This document shows positions 22,926 to 32,828 of a stretch of DNA of 64,000 bases, piece by piece; positions within the stretch are counted from its first letter, which is position 1, and each line of letters begins with the position of its first letter. A program made the position numbers and the translations under genes. Origin of the DNA: Ilumatobacteraceae bacterium (GTDB lineage: Bacteria > Actinomycetota > Acidimicrobiia > Acidimicrobiales > Ilumatobacteraceae); assembly GCA_963850755.1 (NCBI GenBank), contig CAWKMO010000012.1, positions 56,506 through 120,505 on the forward strand. Direction: 5' to 3'. The notes below the pieces were generated by a model. The model saw nothing but the letters and a program-made list of their open reading frames with translations, did not search any database and was not told the DNA's origin.

Positions 22926-22952
22926 TTGGCACTCGGTAGGCTGGACTGCCAA
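22926..22952 (+). promoter_or_regulatory. CIRCE element (HrcA operator) containing a TAGGCT -10
   Basis: TTGGCACTC-N9-GACTGCCAA versus consensus TTAGCACTC-N9-GAGTGCTAA, 2 nt before the hrcA ATG. Confidence 0.85.
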
Positions 22953-22954
22953 TC

Positions 22955-23947
22955 ATGCTCGACGATCGCAAGACCGCCATCCTGAGCGCAGTAGTGCAGG
23001 AGTACATCGCGACCGCACAACCGGTCGGGTCCTCCCACATCGCCACGGCGTCGGGGATCGGCGTCTCGTCTGCCACCGTCCGCAACGAGATGGCGGTGCT
23101 CGAACAGGAAGGGTTCCTGATCCAGCCCCACACCTCGGCCGGCCGGATCCCGACCGACAAGGGTTACCGCTTCTTCGTCGACCACCTGGCGTCGCCACGC
23201 ACCCTCGACGCCGCCGTCTCGCGTCAGATCGGCGACTTCTTCACGGCCGCCCACGGCCGGCTCGAGGAGATGCTGTACCAGACCTCCGATCTGCTGACGC
23301 GGCTCACTCACAACGCCGCCGTCGTCGTCGGTCCGAAGTCGGAGGCGGCCACGATCCGCAGCGCTCAACTCGTGCGACTGTCGTCGTCGGCGGCCACGGT
23401 CGTGCTGGTGCTCGGCAACGGTTCGGTCGAGAACGAGATCATCGACATCGACGACTCGGTCACCGACGAATCGCTGAGCGCGGCCTCGTCGCACCTCGCC
23501 GCCTCACTGTCAGGCGAGACCCTGGCCGGCGTGGTGGCGATTGCCACCACCGACGATCCCGTCGTCGACACGTTGTGCGCCACCGCCATCGCCGCCGCCC
23601 GCACCAGCGGTGGCGACCACGTCTACGTCGGCGGGGCGTCCACTGTCGCCCAGGCGTTCGATGCCGTCGACGTCGTGCGCCAGGTGCTGCACACGCTCGA
23701 GCAGCAGTTCGTGGTGGTGTCGCTGGTGCGCGACATCGTCGATCGCGGCATGTCGGTGGCGATCGGCGTCGAGCACGGCGTCGAGCCGCTGTCGGCCTGC
23801 TCCGTGGTCGTTGCCCCGGTCGTGGTCGATGGCGAGCACGTCGGCTCGGTCGGTGTGCTCGGGCCGACGCGCATGAACTACCCGCAGGCGCTGGCGACGG
23901 TCGACGTCGTCAGCGACCGACTCGGCCGACGGCTGGGAGAAGGCTGA
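22955..23947 (+). CDS. hrcA: Heat-inducible transcription repressor
   Basis: [26 protein letters not shown] and GPTRMNY. Confidence 0.97.
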   Translation: MLDDRKTAILSAVVQEYIATAQPVGSSHIATASGIGVSSATVRNEMAVLEQEGFLIQPHTSAGRIPTDKGYRFFVDHLASPRTLDAAVSRQIGDFFTAAHGRLEEMLYQTSDLLTRLTHNAAVVVGPKSEAATIRSAQLVRLSSSAATVVLVLGNGSVENEIIDIDDSVTDESLSAASSHLAASLSGETLAGVVAIATTDDPVVDTLCATAIAAARTSGGDHVYVGGASTVAQAFDAVDVVRQVLHTLEQQFVVVSLVRDIVDRGMSVAIGVEHGVEPLSACSVVVAPVVVDGEHVGSVGVLGPTRMNYPQALATVDVVSDRLGRRLGEG

Positions 23948-25065
23948 TGGCCGACTACTACGAACTGCTCGGTGTGCCGCGCACGGCGAGCGCCGACGAT
24001 CTCAAGAAGGCCTACCGCAAGCGGGCGCGCGAGCTGCACCCCGACGCCAACCCCGACGACCCCAACGCTGCGGAGCGGTTCAAGGAAGTGTCGCGGGCCT
24101 ACGCCGTGCTGTCCGACGACGAGCAGCGGGCGCGCTACGACCGGTTCGGTGAAGCGGGTGTCGGCGGGGCCGGGGCGCAGAACATGGACGACCTGTTCGG
24201 TGGTGGGCTGGGCGACATCTTCGATGCTTTCTTCGGCGGCGGCGGTCCGTTCGGCGGCGGACGGCGCGGGCCCACCGGCCCGCCTCGAGGTCAGGACATG
24301 GAGGTCGCCGTCAACATCACGTTCGAGCAGGCGGTGTTCGGCGACCAGATCCCGGTCGATCTGAAGTTGCCCCAGCCGTGCGACGTGTGCAGCGGATCGG
24401 GCGCCGGGGAAGGCACCAAGCCGGTCACGTGCTCCGACTGCAGCGGTTCAGGGCAGGTCCGCCGGGTGCGCCAGAGCGTGCTCGGGCAGATGGTGTCCAC
24501 CAGCCCGTGCCCGCGCTGTGGCGGTCTCGGCGAGGTGATCACCACCCCGTGCGTCAAGTGCCGCGGTGAAGGTCGCATCACCGCCGACAAGAACTACACG
24601 GTCGACGTGCCGGCCGGCGTCGTCGACGGGTCGACGCTGCGGCTCACCCGGCGCGGTGCGGCCGGCCCACGCGGGGGCGCGCCAGGCGACCTCTACGTGC
24701 ACCTCCGGGTGCGCCCTCACGATCGCTACCGGCGCGTCGACGACGATCTCGTCACCGACGTGTCGATCTCGATCGCCCAGGCGGCACTCGGCACCAAGAT
24801 CGACCTCCCTACGCTCGACGGCGACGAGGAGCTCACCGTCGCTGCCGGCACGCAACCGGGGCACGAGTTCGTGTTGCGCGGACGCGGTGTGCCGCGACTG
24901 CACGGCCGCGGTCGCGGCGACCTGAGGGCGATCGTGCGGGTGGAGGTGCCCACCAAGCTGGCGGCCGCCGAAGCCGACCTGCTGCGCCAGTACGCCGAGG
25001 CTCGCGGCGAATCGGTCTCCGAGGGCGGCGGGCTGTTCTCGAAGATCAAATCGGCATTCTCGTGA
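23947..25065 (+). CDS. dnaJ: Chaperone DnaJ
   Basis: J-domain with HPD, G/F-rich region, four CxxCxGxG repeats. Confidence 0.97.
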   Translation: MADYYELLGVPRTASADDLKKAYRKRARELHPDANPDDPNAAERFKEVSRAYAVLSDDEQRARYDRFGEAGVGGAGAQNMDDLFGGGLGDIFDAFFGGGGPFGGGRRGPTGPPRGQDMEVAVNITFEQAVFGDQIPVDLKLPQPCDVCSGSGAGEGTKPVTCSDCSGSGQVRRVRQSVLGQMVSTSPCPRCGGLGEVITTPCVKCRGEGRITADKNYTVDVPAGVVDGSTLRLTRRGAAGPRGGAPGDLYVHLRVRPHDRYRRVDDDLVTDVSISIAQAALGTKIDLPTLDGDEELTVAAGTQPGHEFVLRGRGVPRLHGRGRGDLRAIVRVEVPTKLAAAEADLLRQYAEARGESVSEGGGLFSKIKSAFS

Positions 25066-25733
25066 TCGATGCCGCGGCGCTGGCGACGCTTCGCCATGCC
25101 GCCGCGCATGTCTTGGTTCCCGATGTCGACGATCCTGACGTCGACGACGCGACGGCCCATCACATCTTCCGGGTCCTCCGTTTGCGGGACGGCGAGACCG
25201 TCACCGTCACCGACGGCCGCGGTCGGTGGCGGCCGTGCCGTGTGGTCGCGCAGGCACTCGAGCCCACCGGTCCGTCACATGCGACGGGAGCACGCGGGCG
25301 GCTGTTCACGGTCGCCTTCGCGATCCCCAAGGGCGAACGCCCGGAGTGGATCGTGCAGAAGCTGACCGAGCTCGGCATCGACCGGATCGTCGTCCTCCAC
25401 GCCGAACGTTCGGTCGTCCGCTGGGAGGCCGATCGGGCCCACCGGCACATCGACAAGCTGCAGCGTGTGGCCATCGAAGCGCTCCAGCAATCGCGCGGAT
25501 TGTGGTTACCTGAGATCGTCGGTCCGGTGCGCCGCGACCGACGTGGTGACGGTGGTCCCGGTGGCCGAACCGGGTGGCCGCCCACTCGCCGCTGGCGACG
25601 ACGGCGTGGCGATCGGGCCGGAGGGCGGATGGTCCGACGGCGAGCTGGAGATGGCACGTCGATCGGATCGATCTCGGCCCCTCTGTCCTACGGGTCGAGA
25701 CAGCGGCTGTCGCCGGAGCGGCTCGGCTGGTGA
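25062..25733 (+). CDS. rsmE: 16S rRNA m3U1498 methyltransferase (frameshifted)
   Basis: [22 protein letters not shown] and VLRVETA motifs. Confidence 0.9.
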   Translation: MIDAAALATLRHAAAHVLVPDVDDPDVDDATAHHIFRVLRLRDGETVTVTDGRGRWRPCRVVAQALEPTGPSHATGARGRLFTVAFAIPKGERPEWIVQKLTELGIDRIVVLHAERSVVRWEADRAHRHIDKLQRVAIEALQQSRGLWLPEIVGPVRRDRRGDGGPGGRTGWPPTRRWRRRRGDRAGGRMVRRRAGDGTSIGSISAPLSYGSRQRLSPERLGW

Positions 25734-25845
25734 CGGGGCGCGGCTGACCGCCACCGGTTGTGTGTGTTCGTGGCCGTTTGCCCACGCAGCGAAGTCGGCT
25801 AGATTGAGCCAGACCACGATGTTGGGCGGGTTATGAGGGAGACAT

Positions 25846-26361
25846 ATGGACTACGCCGGTGACAACGACGACGACGATGCTGGCTATAGCGAGCAGGTCG
25901 GCGAGCGCCTGCGCTCGATCCGCAAGCAGAAGCGACTCTCGCTGCACGACGTCGAGGCGCAGTCGTCCCAGGAGTTCAAAGCGTCGGTGCTCGGCGCCTA
26001 CGAACGCGGAGAGCGCGCACTGTCGTTGCCCCGGCTCGACCGGTTGGCCCAGTTCTACCGGGTGCCGGTCGACCAGCTCCTGCCGCGTCGCGCCGACGAC
26101 CCGGGCTCGGGGGTCGAGGGCACCGGCCCGCGCCCGAAGCTGGCGATCGACATCCTCAAGTTGACCCAGTTGTCGGGGGCGCCGTTCGAGATGCTCACCC
26201 GCTTCCTGCGCATGATCCAGGTCCAGCGCCAGGACTTCAACGGGCGCGTGCTCACGATCCGCCAGGACGACAAGCGGGCGATCGCGGCGATGCTCGACAT
26301 CCCGGTCGATCAGGTGGCGCTCCGGCTGGAAGCGCTCGACCTGGTGTTCCGTCCCACCTGA
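25846..26361 (+). CDS. bldD: BldD-like XRE regulator with c-di-GMP-binding C-terminal domain
   Basis: LRSIRKQ..LSLH.VE..S...KA.V.G.YERG.R and RQD-FNGRVLTI-RQDD (RxD-X8-RxxD). Confidence 0.88.
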   Translation: MDYAGDNDDDDAGYSEQVGERLRSIRKQKRLSLHDVEAQSSQEFKASVLGAYERGERALSLPRLDRLAQFYRVPVDQLLPRRADDPGSGVEGTGPRPKLAIDILKLTQLSGAPFEMLTRFLRMIQVQRQDFNGRVLTIRQDDKRAIAAMLDIPVDQVALRLEALDLVFRPT

Positions 26362-26379
26362 GCTGGTTCACTGGCGGGT

Positions 26380-27453
26380 ATGTCCGCCGCACCCGAGCAG
26401 CCGTTCGGTGTGTACGTGCACATCCCGTTCTGCCGATCGAAGTGCGACTACTGCGCGTTCGCCACGTGGACCGATCGGCACCATCTGACCGACGCCTACG
26501 TCGATGCCCTGGCGAGCGAGATCCGGCATGCGACGGCGGACGGGATGCCGATCGCCACGAGCGTGTTCGTCGGCGGGGGCACGCCGTCGATGCTCGCGGG
26601 CGGTCAGCTCGGCGATCTGGTTGCCTCGATCCCGGTCTCCGACGGCGCGGAGATCACCGTGGAGTGCAACCCCGACGACGTGACGCCGGCGTTGATGCGG
26701 CGCTACGTGGACGCCGGCGTCAACCGGGTCAGCCTCGGCGTCCAGTCGATGGCGTCGCACGTGCTCGGTTCGCTCGGCCGCACCCACGACCGACGCAACG
26801 TCGAGCGTGGAGTCACGGCAATCCGCGAGGCCGGGATCCCGACCTTCAACCTCGATCTGATCTACGGAGCCGCCGGCGAGTCGATCGCCGATTGGCAGCA
26901 GACCGTCGAGGCCGTGGTCGCCCTCGAGCCGCCGCACGTGTCGGCCTACGCGTTGACGATCGAGGCCGGCACGCCGCTGGCCACGCAGCTCGATCGCCAC
27001 CCCGACGACGACGACCAGGCCGACAAGTACGAGATCGTCGACACCCTGCTCGGCGCTTCCGGGCTCGACAACTACGAGATCTCCAACTGGGCGCGGCCCG
27101 GGCACGAGTGCCGCCACAACATCCTCTACTGGCGTCAGCAGAACTACCGCGGCTTCGGCTGCGCCGCCCATTCCCACCACGACGGGCGCCGCTGGTGGAA
27201 CGTGCGCACGCCCGACCGCTACATCGAACTCGTGCGGGCCGGCGAGCCGACCGAGGCGGCGGGCGAGACGCTCGACGACGACACACGCACGTTCGAGCGG
27301 CTCGAGCTCCTGTTGCGCATGCGTGACGGCGTACCGCTCGAGTCACTCGACGGTGATGATCTGCCCGGCCTGGTGGAGCGGCGGGACGAGCGCTGGGTGC
27401 TCACCCGCCACGGCCGCCTCATGGCCAACGCCGTCAGCCTCCATCTGCACTGA
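26380..27453 (+). CDS. hemW: Radical SAM heme chaperone HemW
   Basis: YVHIPFC..KCDYCAF, GGGTPS and YEISNWA..G.ECRHN. Confidence 0.93.
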   Translation: MSAAPEQPFGVYVHIPFCRSKCDYCAFATWTDRHHLTDAYVDALASEIRHATADGMPIATSVFVGGGTPSMLAGGQLGDLVASIPVSDGAEITVECNPDDVTPALMRRYVDAGVNRVSLGVQSMASHVLGSLGRTHDRRNVERGVTAIREAGIPTFNLDLIYGAAGESIADWQQTVEAVVALEPPHVSAYALTIEAGTPLATQLDRHPDDDDQADKYEIVDTLLGASGLDNYEISNWARPGHECRHNILYWRQQNYRGFGCAAHSHHDGRRWWNVRTPDRYIELVRAGEPTEAAGETLDDDTRTFERLELLLRMRDGVPLESLDGDDLPGLVERRDERWVLTRHGRLMANAVSLHLH

Positions 27454-27455
27454 TC

Positions 27456-27548
27456 GGGCTTCGGTTCGCAGCGAAGCTGCTCACCTGCGCCTCCGAGCTC
27501 GCCGGCGCCGCTGCGCTGTGCCGCGCGCCCGCCTGGCGATTCGAGCCC
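27456..27548. repeat. Repeat family A, single degenerate unit in reverse orientation
   Basis: GGGCTTCGGTTCGCAGCGAAGCTGCTC...CCGAGCTCGCCG.CGCCGCTGCGCT...CCCGCCTGGCGA. Confidence 0.7.
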
Positions 27549-28550
27549 TCAACGGTGGCGAACAGCTCGGGGAACACGCGTGAGACCTTGGCCGAGAGGT
27601 AGTCGCCGTAGGTTCCGGTCCAAGCGTGCACGCTGGTGCCGTCCCAGCGCCGCTCGGCGTCGTCGGCGGGTGGCGAGCCGTCGAGCGGCAGTGGCACGAC
27701 CTCGGCGTCCCACGAGGGATCGAAGAAGTACGGGAACGAGAGGCGGCTGCGCCCGCTCAGGTTCCGGACGCGATGTGGCGTGCTGCGGTAGCGGCCCTCG
27801 GTGAGCCTGTCGAGCATGTCGCCGATGTTGCACACCAGCACGCCCGGCTCGGCGGGGACCTCGATCCACGCACCCTCGGGCGTTCGCACCTGCAGCCCGC
27901 CGGAGTCGTCCTGGGCGAGCAGTGTCAGCAATCCGTAGTCGGTGTGCTCGCCGACGCCCCACTCGTCGGCGACGGCGTTGTCGGGCAGGGCGGGGTAGTG
28001 GAAGATCCGGAACAGCACGGTCGGGTCGCCGGTGAGGTGCTGCTCGAACCAGCCGGGCGGAAGCCGGAGGGCGATGGCGATGCCGCGCATCAGCGCATCG
28101 GCGACGGGGCGGAGGGCGTCGAGCCAGGCGAGGATCGTCGGCCCGAGCTCGCCGGGCGGGAACAAGTTGGCGCCGTGCAGGGGAGTGCCCGACACCACGC
28201 GGGGATGATCGGGGCCGTGCTCGAGACCGACGTACAGGCCCTCCTTGCGATCGGGCAGCCCGGAGGTCAGCTCGCCACGCACCGGAAACCAACCTCGCCA
28301 CGCCGATCCGGCCTCGACCATCGCGTACGCCTGCTTGTGGGCGTCGTCGAGCTCGAAGAACTCCCGGGCGAGCGCTTCCATGCGGCCCAACAACGTCGGA
28401 TCGATCCCGTGGCCGGTGGCCCGGAAGAACCCGAGCGAGCGGCAGGCAGCGTCGATCTGGCGCGGCCACTCGATCGACGTCGCGGCCGTCGAGCAGGCCG
28501 CTGATGTCGATCAGCGCCAGCTCATCCGCGGGGTGGGAGCCACTCGGCAC
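27549..28550 (-). CDS. 2OG-Fe(II) oxygenase, isopenicillin N synthase-like (frameshifted)
   Basis: GFF...[21 protein letters not shown] and STPHRV..RLS. Confidence 0.9.
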   Translation of the reverse strand: MPSGSHPADELALIDISGLLDGRDVDRVAAPDRRCLPLARVLPGHRPRDRSDVVGPHGSARPGVLRARRRPQAGVRDGRGRIGVARLVSGAWRADLRAARSQGGPVRRSRARPRSSPRGVGHSPARRQLVPARRARADDPRLARRPPPRRRCADARHRHRPPASARLVRAAPHRRPDRAVPDLPLPRPARQRRRRRVGRRRAHRLRIADTARPGRLRRAAGANARGCVDRGPRRAGRAGVQHRRHARQAHRGPLPQHATSRPEPERAQPPLVPVLLRSLVGRRGRATAARRLATRRRRRAALGRHQRARLDRNLRRLPLGQGLTRVPRAVRHR

Positions 28551-28575
28551 GGCTGGTAGCGTACGCACCCGCTAC

Positions 28576-28649
28576 GGGCGTATGGCTCAGTTGGTTAGAG
28601 CGCATCCATGACACGGATGAGGTCGGGGGTTCGATTCCCTCTACGCCCA
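28576..28649 (+). tRNA. tRNA-Val(GAC)
   Basis: GGGCGTA/TACGCCC acceptor stem, anticodon stem CATCC/GGATG with loop ATGACAC, GGTTCGATTCC T-arm. Confidence 0.94.
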
Positions 28650-28680
28650 CGATGTGATCGCCGGGGGCGATCACATCGTG
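28648..28680 (+). terminator. Hairpin immediately after tRNA-Val
   Basis: CACGATGTGATCGC...GCGATCACATCGTG inverted repeat. Confidence 0.7.
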
Positions 28681-28803
28681 TGCGTTGCACGCCGCCGTGC
28701 TCTCAGCCTCCGGCGGGCGTTCAGACGCCACGCAGGCTTCCCCCGGCCGATCGGTGCCCACGATCCGCGTGGGGTTCAGTCGTCCGGGCACTGGTCCAGG
28801 GAC

Positions 28804-29112
28804 CTATTTCGTCGCGGTCTTGAGTCTGGCTAGCCGACGGTCCCAGTCCTTGCTGGATTCGGTGAGCCAGGTGACGACAGTCGCCAGCGGTTCCGGGGTT
28901 GCCTTGTAGCGGACCTCACGGCCGTCGCGTTCGGAGCTGGCGAGACCGGCCTCGACCAACGCCTGGAGATGTTTCACGACCGCTTGGCGGGTGAGGGTGG
29001 TGTGCTCGGCCAACCTCGTGGCCGTGTCGGGGCCTTGTTTCAGGAGTCGCTCGAACAGCGCCCGGCGCGTCGGATCGGAGAGTGCCCCGAACAGGTCGTC
29101 GAGCGCGCTCAC
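28804..29112 (-). CDS. ArsR/SmtB-family regulator
   Basis: FGALSDPTRR, TRQAVVKHL..L..AGL...R.GRE.RY and WDRRL..L. Confidence 0.9.
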   Translation of the reverse strand: MSALDDLFGALSDPTRRALFERLLKQGPDTATRLAEHTTLTRQAVVKHLQALVEAGLASSERDGREVRYKATPEPLATVVTWLTESSKDWDRRLARLKTATK

Positions 29113-29504
29113 CTCACGAGCGCGGTCGCCATCGTGCACGCCCACAGGAGCAGTGCGCACAGGTCCCAGCGGAAGCCGCGGTCAGCGCTCGCCGATGCGG
29201 AGAGCGTCTCGGTGATCGTCAGCCGGCTGCCACCGTCGTCGGTCGATTCGATCGAGAACGACACGTGCGATGCCGGTTCGTCGTCGACGCTCCAGTCGAA
29301 CGACCAACCGCGTCCGGGTTCGACGGTGTCGACCGTGAGGTGCCGGGTGACTTGCTCGTCGATGACCACTCCCGTGCCGCCCGGCCGGAGGTCGACGTCG
29401 ACTGCGTCGCCGAGCCAGGCGGCGAGCGTGTCGCCATCCGTGATCGCGTTCCACAGGGCCTCGGGGGAGACGTCGAGCTCGACGCGGCGCGTGACAGTTT
29501 CCAT
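29109..29504 (-). CDS. SRPBCC/AHA1-like ligand-binding protein
   Basis: PEALWNAITD...LAAW, VEPGR..SF.W and GSRLTITET; GTGA overlap with arsR. Confidence 0.85.
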   Translation of the reverse strand: METVTRRVELDVSPEALWNAITDGDTLAAWLGDAVDVDLRPGGTGVVIDEQVTRHLTVDTVEPGRGWSFDWSVDDEPASHVSFSIESTDDGGSRLTITETLSASASADRGFRWDLCALLLWACTMATALVR

Positions 29505-29518
29505 GGGCGGAGCATAGC

Positions 29519-29577
29519 TGCAACCAATGAGTTGCACATGCATCGGATTCGGATAAAGTGCAACTCATGAGTTGCAC
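29519..29577. promoter_or_regulatory. Twin palindromic operators overlapping divergent promoters
   Basis: TGCAACCAATGAGTTGCA (29519-29536) and perfect GTGCAACTCATGAGTTGCAC (29558-29577); TTGCAC-N16-TAAAGT on the + strand, TATGCT -10 on the - strand. Confidence 0.8.
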
Positions 29578-29604
29578 ATATCTGATCGCATCCTGGAGGC
29601 AATC

Positions 29605-30226
29605 GTGTTGATCCCTACCGTCATCGAGTCCACGAACCGCGGCGAGCGCGCCTACGACATCTACTCACGGTTGCTGGCCAACCGGATCGTCTTCCTCGGG
29701 ACCGCGATCGACGATCAGGTCGCCAACCTGGTGATCGCTCAGTTGCTGCACCTCGAGTCGGAGTCGGCCGAGCACGACGTGGCGATGTACATCAACTCAC
29801 CCGGCGGTGACATGACCGGCCTGTTCGCGATCCACGACACGATGCAGTACATCGCGCCCGATGTGGCCACGATCTGCGTGGGCCAAGCGGCGTCGGCGGC
29901 GGCGGTGTTGCTCGCTGCCGGAGCTCCCGGCAAGCGCCACGCCCTGCCCGAACGCGCGCGTGCTCGTCCATCAGCCCCATGGCGGCGCACAGGGTCAGAG
30001 CGTCGACATGGAGATCGCCGTCGCCGAGATGGTGGAGATGCGGCGCCGGATGGTCGACATCCTCGTGGCCGCGACCGGACAGAGCGCCGAACGGATCGCC
30101 ACCGACATGGACCGTGACTTCATCCTGCGCGGCGAGCGCGCGGTCGCCTATGGGCTGGTCGATTCGATCATCGAGCGACGGCAACTGGCCGACCCGATGA
30201 TCGCTGCCGGCGCAGTCGCCGCGTGA
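29605..30226 (+). CDS. clpP: Stand-alone Clp protease proteolytic subunit (frameshift near 29950)
   Basis: IP.VIE....[29 protein letters not shown] (Ser), HQP (His) and DRD (Asp). Confidence 0.93.
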
Positions 30227-30232
30227 TCGACG

Positions 30233-31246
30233 TCAGAGGTAGTACCCCACGATGTCGACGATGAAGTCGGTGCTGCCGGCGCCGCCTGCGACCACCGTGA
30301 TCGTGCTCCCGGGACCGAGTTTCACCACGCCGGTGTTGGCGATGCTCAGGCCGGTCGTCGTCCAGTTGATCGCCGATGCCGTGACGGCGGTGGTGCCGCC
30401 CGGGTTGACGGCCAGGAAGCCGGCGCCCGTGGTGCCTGCCGTGGTCAAGGTGTAGGCGATCGCCGTGGCGTTGCTCGGCACCAGCGCCCCGGTGACGGCG
30501 CCGGTGTCGACGTTGCGGGCATTGGCGACCGAAACCGTGCGGTTGCTGCCGGAGGCCAACGCACCGTTCGCATCGGGCGCCATGTTGAGGCGGCTGTCGT
30601 AGGCGCGGGCCGGTGTGACGGGAACGAGGGCGTTGCCGGGAGGCCGGAAGCGGACCCGGACACCCATGATCTCGCTCGTCGTCACGCCGGCCGAGTTGAG
30701 GCGGTAGTAGGCCTCGTACGTCTGGGTGCCGTCGAACACCTCCGCCGCGCCGGCGGCTGGGATCGCGGACGAGTACACGACGATGCCTGAGGCGGCCGGG
30801 AGGTCGACCGCGGCGAGCGTCGTGAACGCGGTCGAGGCTGCCGGGATGTACTTCAACAACGCCACGCGACCCGAGTGTGTGGTGCCGTTGACCACCCATT
30901 CGATGTTGGTCAGCGTGCTTCCCAAGGGAACATTGATCGAGGCGCTGACGTACGTCGTCGCAACCGCGCCGGACGGATACACGCCGATGGTGCGGATCAC
31001 CGACGTGGTCCCGGCGGCCGAAGCGTTGGGCGTCATCGCCGCGGCGGCGACGTACAGCACTTGCTCGCCGGCAGGTACGGCCGACACCACCGCCTGGCCC
31101 TGAAAAACGGGTTCCGGATCCGGCCCGCTGCGCAGGTCGGGATGGGCTGCGACTGCCTGGCCGGTGGGCCAACCGCCGGCTATCGCCGCCGATGCGGCGA
31201 GGCCGCCTGCGAGCACGCCCCGTCGAGATACCGCCCGATCGTTCAT
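30233..31246 (-). CDS. Tat-exported protein with a C-terminal cell-surface beta domain
   Basis: SRRGVL twin-arginine signal; C-terminal TPARAYDSR..ATA....T...GFLAV...ANT.VV...DFIVDIVGYY. Confidence 0.75.
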   Translation of the reverse strand: MNDRAVSRRGVLAGGLAASAAIAGGWPTGQAVAAHPDLRSGPDPEPVFQGQAVVSAVPAGEQVLYVAAAAMTPNASAAGTTSVIRTIGVYPSGAVATTYVSASINVPLGSTLTNIEWVVNGTTHSGRVALLKYIPAASTAFTTLAAVDLPAASGIVVYSSAIPAAGAAEVFDGTQTYEAYYRLNSAGVTTSEIMGVRVRFRPPGNALVPVTPARAYDSRLNMAPDANGALASGSNRTVSVANARNVDTGAVTGALVPSNATAIAYTLTTAGTTGAGFLAVNPGGTTAVTASAINWTTTGLSIANTGVVKLGPGSTITVVAGGAGSTDFIVDIVGYYL

Positions 31247-31443
31247 GTTCCCTCCAAGAGTTCGAACCAACTCGAATGTGGGGGAAGCCTGACACCCTAG
31301 CCGTTGCCGATCGGGCCGACTTTCTGCCTTGCTGATGCCAGGCAGTGTCACCCGTTCGGGTGATAGCGATGACGCAGCGCTTCGTGCTACAACGCTCATC
31401 ACCAGTGTGAACCACAGCGCATTGGTATCCCTCGGAGGGCGCG

Positions 31444-31767
31444 TTGGACAACGAGTTCAGGCTCGACACATCGGTGACGGAGTCAGGGGCGCTGATCGTG
31501 CGGGTGACGGGCGAGCTCGACATGGCGACGTCAGAGCTGCTCTCGAAGACGATCGTCGACTGGCCTGACGCGGTCAGCGAGTGCATCGTCGACCTGAGCG
31601 CCTGCTCGTTCGTCGACTCGAGCGGGATCCGTGCCCTGCTCATGTCTCAGCGCCAGCTCGGTGACCAGGGCACGCTCAAGCTGATCGGCGTGATCCCCTA
31701 CATCGAGCGCACGCTGAGGATCGCGGGCGTCCAGGAAGTCATGGAGATCACGTCGATCGACGAGTGA
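31444..31767 (+). CDS. STAS-domain anti-anti-sigma factor
   Basis: GELDMAT and VDLSACSFVDSSGI (phospho-Ser motif). Confidence 0.9.
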   Translation: MDNEFRLDTSVTESGALIVRVTGELDMATSELLSKTIVDWPDAVSECIVDLSACSFVDSSGIRALLMSQRQLGDQGTLKLIGVIPYIERTLRIAGVQEVMEITSIDE

Positions 31768-31858
31768 CCGCGAGGGCACCTCAAGAGTTCATTTCGACGC
31801 CACGCCCAGTTCACCGCGCCATCGCCGGCCGCTCGCACAGGTCGACGATGCTGGAGGT

Positions 31859-32398
31859 GTGGACGAACGGATCTGGCGGGTGCGACCGCTCGGACGAGTG
31901 GTCGCGTGGTTGGCGCTGCTGGGCAGCGTCCCGTTCGTCGTGTTGACTGCGCCGTCGGCGTTCGGCCCCGGTCGAACGGGTGCCTCGGTGGTTTTCGCAG
32001 TGTCGACGTTGCTGCACGCCATCGCCTGCTGGCGGTTCGGGCTGCACCCGAGGATCGTTGCCGGGCGGCGGGGGATCGAAGTGCGCAATCCGTTCTCGAC
32101 CCAGTTGATCGCGTGGGATTCGGTCCTGATGTGCAGACCGGGAGGGTCGAGCCTCGTGATCGTGCAGCGCGATGGCCGGTCGGTCCCGGTCCGGGCGGTC
32201 CAGACGTCGAACCGGTCGATGAGGGCCGATGAGGTCGCCTACTACCTGCAACGGCGTTCGCTGCTCGTGATGGCAGCGAGGCAGGACGAGGCCGACCGAC
32301 GCGCCCGCCGCGCCCGATGCGGGCGAGTGCGTCCTCGACGGCGGCCCGCGGCCCGCCTGCGGCCCCATCGGCGGGCTCGCCCGAGCTCGCCGGCATGA
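31859..32398 (+). CDS. Membrane protein with a bacterial PH domain
   Basis: Two TM helices followed by GIEVRNPFST..IAW. Confidence 0.6.
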   Translation: MDERIWRVRPLGRVVAWLALLGSVPFVVLTAPSAFGPGRTGASVVFAVSTLLHAIACWRFGLHPRIVAGRRGIEVRNPFSTQLIAWDSVLMCRPGGSSLVIVQRDGRSVPVRAVQTSNRSMRADEVAYYLQRRSLLVMAARQDEADRRARRARCGRVRPRRRPAARLRPHRRARPSSPA

Positions 32399-32447
32399 CG
32401 GAGGGATGGCTGACGCACAGGCCATCCCGGATCGAAATCGCCAAGTG

Positions 32448-32819
32448 CTAGGCGCTCGGCGTGATCATCGTGATGAAGTAGCCGTCGGGGTCTTGGAGCA
32501 CGAGCTCGCGGGCTCCCCACGGACGGTCTTCGATGCCCCACTCGGCGTCCACCGGCGGGCGCAGCTCGCGGAACGCGGCATCGATGTCGGCGACGTGCAC
32601 GTAGATGCAACCCGTGAATGTCGGCGCGCTCTCCCACGGTGTGTCGCCGGCGAGGAACTGCAGCACCGTGCCGTCACGTCCGACCTCGCACCAACTCGTG
32701 CTGGGATCGTCCCGGCGGCCGCGCACCTCGAAGCCCGCGGCTGCGTACCAGTCGACCGTGCGATCGAGGTCGGCGACCTTGGCGATCGCGATCGGGCGAG
32801 GCTCGGAGTGGTCGCTCAC
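32448..32819 (-). CDS. VOC/glyoxalase-bleomycin resistance family protein
   Basis: VADLDRTVDWY..GF and DRPWGARE..LQDPDGY. Confidence 0.88.
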   Translation of the reverse strand: MSDHSEPRPIAIAKVADLDRTVDWYAAAGFEVRGRRDDPSTSWCEVGRDGTVLQFLAGDTPWESAPTFTGCIYVHVADIDAAFRELRPPVDAEWGIEDRPWGARELVLQDPDGYFITMITPSA

Positions 32820-32828
32820 GGGGCGAGG

